32,000 bases of DNA, from positions 480,001-512,000 of the forward strand of contig CP064993.1 of NCBI GenBank assembly GCA_016699955.1. The letters run 5' to 3'. Below, piece by piece: positions 29,909-32,000 of this stretch; position 1 is the stretch's first letter; each line of letters begins with the position of its first letter. Under the pieces are notes generated by a model. It was not told where the DNA came from, did no database searches, and saw nothing but the letters and a program-made list of their open reading frames with translations. A program made the position numbers and the translations under genes. This DNA is from Candidatus Saccharimonadota bacterium (GTDB taxonomy: Bacteria > Patescibacteriota > Saccharimonadia > Saccharimonadales > UBA4665).

Positions 29909-31828
29909 CTAACTGCGCCAGCAGCCAGCGTGTTTCGTGCCGGTTGGTTGTCCAGCCAGTCCAGCAATTGACGCGGAAAGCGCAACAGCTTTGGTGTGTA
30001 GAACGGCGTAGCCACCGGTGACGACATAGTTGGCGTCAATCGGCGATGGGTTTGAAGTGCCTGAACTTTTCGGGTTGATTTCGGTGCCATTTGGGTTGAG
30101 TGAGGTAGCGCTGACCATAGCGGCATGCGTCGAATAGACGATAGGTGTTGAGCTGCCGACAGATGTCGGCGGGAATATATACGGGTAGGGATAGGTAGTG
30201 CTCGGCGCAGTCGCCCAGTGAAATACGTTGCCGTCCATGACAGTGCCGTAGGCGGCTAGCAGCTGATTTGTGCCACCGGACTGAATCTGTTGGTCATCGA
30301 TACAAAACATAGCGTACGCGTTTGACGGTGTGCCAACCACGACGTTGTTATGGATAGTAACGTTGTTGATCTGCCATGTCATATAGCTGCTATACATAGC
30401 GTGCCCGAGCGGGTAACGACCGTCTAGACCGTAACTCGTGTTGGCGGGTCGTCGGCTTTCCTGGTAGACCGCCAGAGGGCGACGATCGCCGTTACCATGG
30501 TTGGACGTGTCGGGGTTGAGCCGCTGAGAGAGGCTACCGCAGCGCACGATTGTGTTGTTCCATACTTCCATGTTGTCTGTGTTGTTGACCTTGATCGCCT
30601 CGGCCGGGTTGTCGACAAACAGGTTGTTGGTGCAGATTCCGGTGCCACTGATTTCAAAGAACGCATCAGTGTCTTTGTTGCGTAAGAAATCGTTGCCGTA
30701 GACTTCCATGTCGTAGACCGACATGTCGAACCAAACAACTTTGCATTTGTTGTCGCGGAAGATACTGTTTCGGACGGTGACGTGTTGGGACTGTGTGACC
30801 TTAATCACCCCTGAGTCAGGCGATGAGTTGAAGTTTTCGGTGTTGGTGTACTCGATCAAAATATTGTCGAACAACAAATTGTCTGATCGGTAGCCGCCCG
30901 AAGCTCGGTAGCCTGCGCGTCGGATTGTCACGTTTCGGATGGTGTTGCCATGGCACTGGTTTGAGGTTAGTGCTGCGGTCGCGATATCTTCCATGACAAT
31001 GTTTTCAGCCAGACAGTTAGTTGTGTTGTTATTGCCGTCAAAGCGCAGCACTGAATACTGCGGCAGGGAATTGCCATATCGACGAATGCCAAAACCACGG
31101 ATTGTCAGGCCGGTATAGCCAGTACCAAGGTTTAAAAAGATGTGCATATCGGTCACATTGACTGTTTTGCCGGCCGGATTTGTCCCGATGTAAAGTGTGG
31201 ACGGCGTGAAAATCATGTTGCTAGTTGTACCCTGCACATAGAAAGTACCGGCTACGCACGCTCCCAATGATCCGACTTGCGTCAGCGCGACACCATCTAC
31301 GAACACCTGCTCAGGGAATGGCGCCTGCGGATAATTGGCGTTGATCCATTGCCAACCTGGGGTTGAGCCGTCCGCAGCACCACTCGTGCTGGTGGGGCTA
31401 TGGTCAAATACTTTTGTCCATGGGATAGACCAAGTTGCACCGCTCTGCGACCAACCAGTTTGGACGCTCGAACCATCAAACCAAACCGCTTCACCGGGGT
31501 AGTTTTGAATCGTCAAGTTGTTTCTGTTCACCTCGATGCCGATAGCCGAAGTGTGATTTGAGCCGCCTTCATGGTACGTACCGGCTCGTAATACGATGGT
31601 TTTTCCGCTGGTTGCCGCAGTAATGGCTCGCACGAGTGTGCGGTACGGCGCGCCGATCGTACCTACGCCGGTCGTATCGTTGCCACCCGTCGCAACATAA
31701 ATAGCATCACCAGGTACAGCGTAACTGGCCGCACCGACCGCCACCGAGCCAGCGTTAGCCGTTGGATTTGTGCCGGTTGCCGTAGTTCTAGGACCTACTT
31801 TTTGTAGTCTTCGTGCCGAAATGCTCAT
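29909..31828 (-). CDS. right-handed parallel beta-helix repeat protein (DUF1565/pectate-lyase-like)
   Basis: AIYVATGGNDTTGVGTIGAPYRTLVRAITAATSGKTIVLRAGTYHEG is the typical N-terminal cap of this family, and many N-x-(T/V/I)-(I/V)-x-(N/D) turns follow. ATG 31828 (MSISARRLQK, matching the N-terminal tag family) is preferred. A TATAAT box at 31840-31835 lies 6 nt upstream. The ORF-track GTG 31846 would overlap that box. Confidence 0.8.
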   Translation of the reverse strand: MSISARRLQKVGPRTTATGTNPTANAGSVAVGAASYAVPGDAIYVATGGNDTTGVGTIGAPYRTLVRAITAATSGKTIVLRAGTYHEGGSNHTSAIGIEVNRNNLTIQNYPGEAVWFDGSSVQTGWSQSGATWSIPWTKVFDHSPTSTSGAADGSTPGWQWINANYPQAPFPEQVFVDGVALTQVGSLGACVAGTFYVQGTTSNMIFTPSTLYIGTNPAGKTVNVTDMHIFLNLGTGYTGLTIRGFGIRRYGNSLPQYSVLRFDGNNNTTNCLAENIVMEDIATAALTSNQCHGNTIRNVTIRRAGYRASGGYRSDNLLFDNILIEYTNTENFNSSPDSGVIKVTQSQHVTVRNSIFRDNKCKVVWFDMSVYDMEVYGNDFLRNKDTDAFFEISGTGICTNNLFVDNPAEAIKVNNTDNMEVWNNTIVRCGSLSQRLNPDTSNHGNGDRRPLAVYQESRRPANTSYGLDGRYPLGHAMYSSYMTWQINNVTIHNNVVVGTPSNAYAMFCIDDQQIQSGGTNQLLAAYGTVMDGNVFHWATAPSTTYPYPYIFPPTSVGSSTPIVYSTHAAMVSATSLNPNGTEINPKSSGTSNPSPIDANYVVTGGYAVLHTKAVALSASIAGLAGQPTGTKHAGCWRS

Positions 31829-31878
31829 AATTTTATTATACAGCACACCAAGTGCGTGCTAATCCAACAAGACGGTCT

Positions 31879-32000
31879 CTACCCTAGCCAGCCCTGGGCA
31901 ACAATTGTGTCGCCTACCAGAACCGCAACCGCAGCATAGCCCGCTCCATTCAGGTGACCTGTATCGGACCGTAAACTTATAGGGATAACACCATCTGCTT
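31879..32000 (-). CDS. SGNH/GDSL hydrolase, C-terminal fragment (5' end outside window)
   Basis: The minus-strand frame reads ADGVIPISLRSDTGHLNGAGYAAVAVLVGDTIVAQGWLG then stop (31881-31879). D-x-x-H followed by N-x-x-G-Y is SGNH block V. The fragment is short, so the call is tentative. Confidence 0.4.
   Translation of the reverse strand, partial: ADGVIPISLRSDTGHLNGAGYAAVAVLVGDTIVAQGWLG

Noticed and set aside
1-32000. tRNA, rRNA and other structured RNA genes
   Set aside because: A visual scan for T-loop (GGTTCGAATCC-like) and rRNA signatures found only chance partial matches inside coding regions.

Overview
The window has two parts. Bases 1-10877 are tightly packed housekeeping genes. They are a HAD hydrolase 3' fragment, mutM/fpg, a HEXXH lipoprotein, a fused trehalose-6-P synthase/phosphatase, holA, rpsT with a Lys/Ala/Pro tail, a degenerate DHH-like protein with a long disordered tail, and truB. 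From 10881 to the window end lies an accessory region of cell-surface or host-interaction type. It starts with 14 co-directional plus-strand genes (10974-24491). These comprise five phage tail-fibre / receptor-binding-protein-like genes built from shuffled modules, three paralogous right-handed beta-helix genes (two frame-disrupted), two cohesin-like proteins plus a CBM-dockerin protein, and an Ig-like + SGNH esterase. Further downstream are a metallophosphoesterase, an IS481-like insertion sequence with candidate 6-bp target duplication, a large secreted beta-propeller/triple-repeat protein, another beta-helix protein and an SGNH fragment. Four signals stand out. (1) Two different conserved N-terminal tags (MPFTGTGTGIQNANDVFF on 4 genes, MS-x-F-x-RR-LQ on 5 genes) are fused to unrelated C-terminal domains, and none of these proteins has a signal peptide. 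(2) There is near-identical DNA exchange between paralogs: 553 bp with 2 substitutions and 1 indel, and a perfect 114-bp promoter/5'UTR/N-terminus cassette. (3) Three single-base frame disruptions all lie inside the accessory locus. (4) There is a minimal cohesin-dockerin set. No capsid, terminase, portal, sheath/tube, integrase or reverse transcriptase gene is visible. The locus therefore looks like either a domesticated phage-RBP-derived host-attachment/glycan-degradation system or the multi-RBP end of a prophage whose remainder lies outside the window. No tRNA, rRNA or CRISPR array was recognised. The organism cannot be established from the sequence. Compact genes, many leaderless-type starts and actinophage-like fibre motifs would fit a reduced-genome episymbiont (Saccharibacteria-like), but that is inference only.
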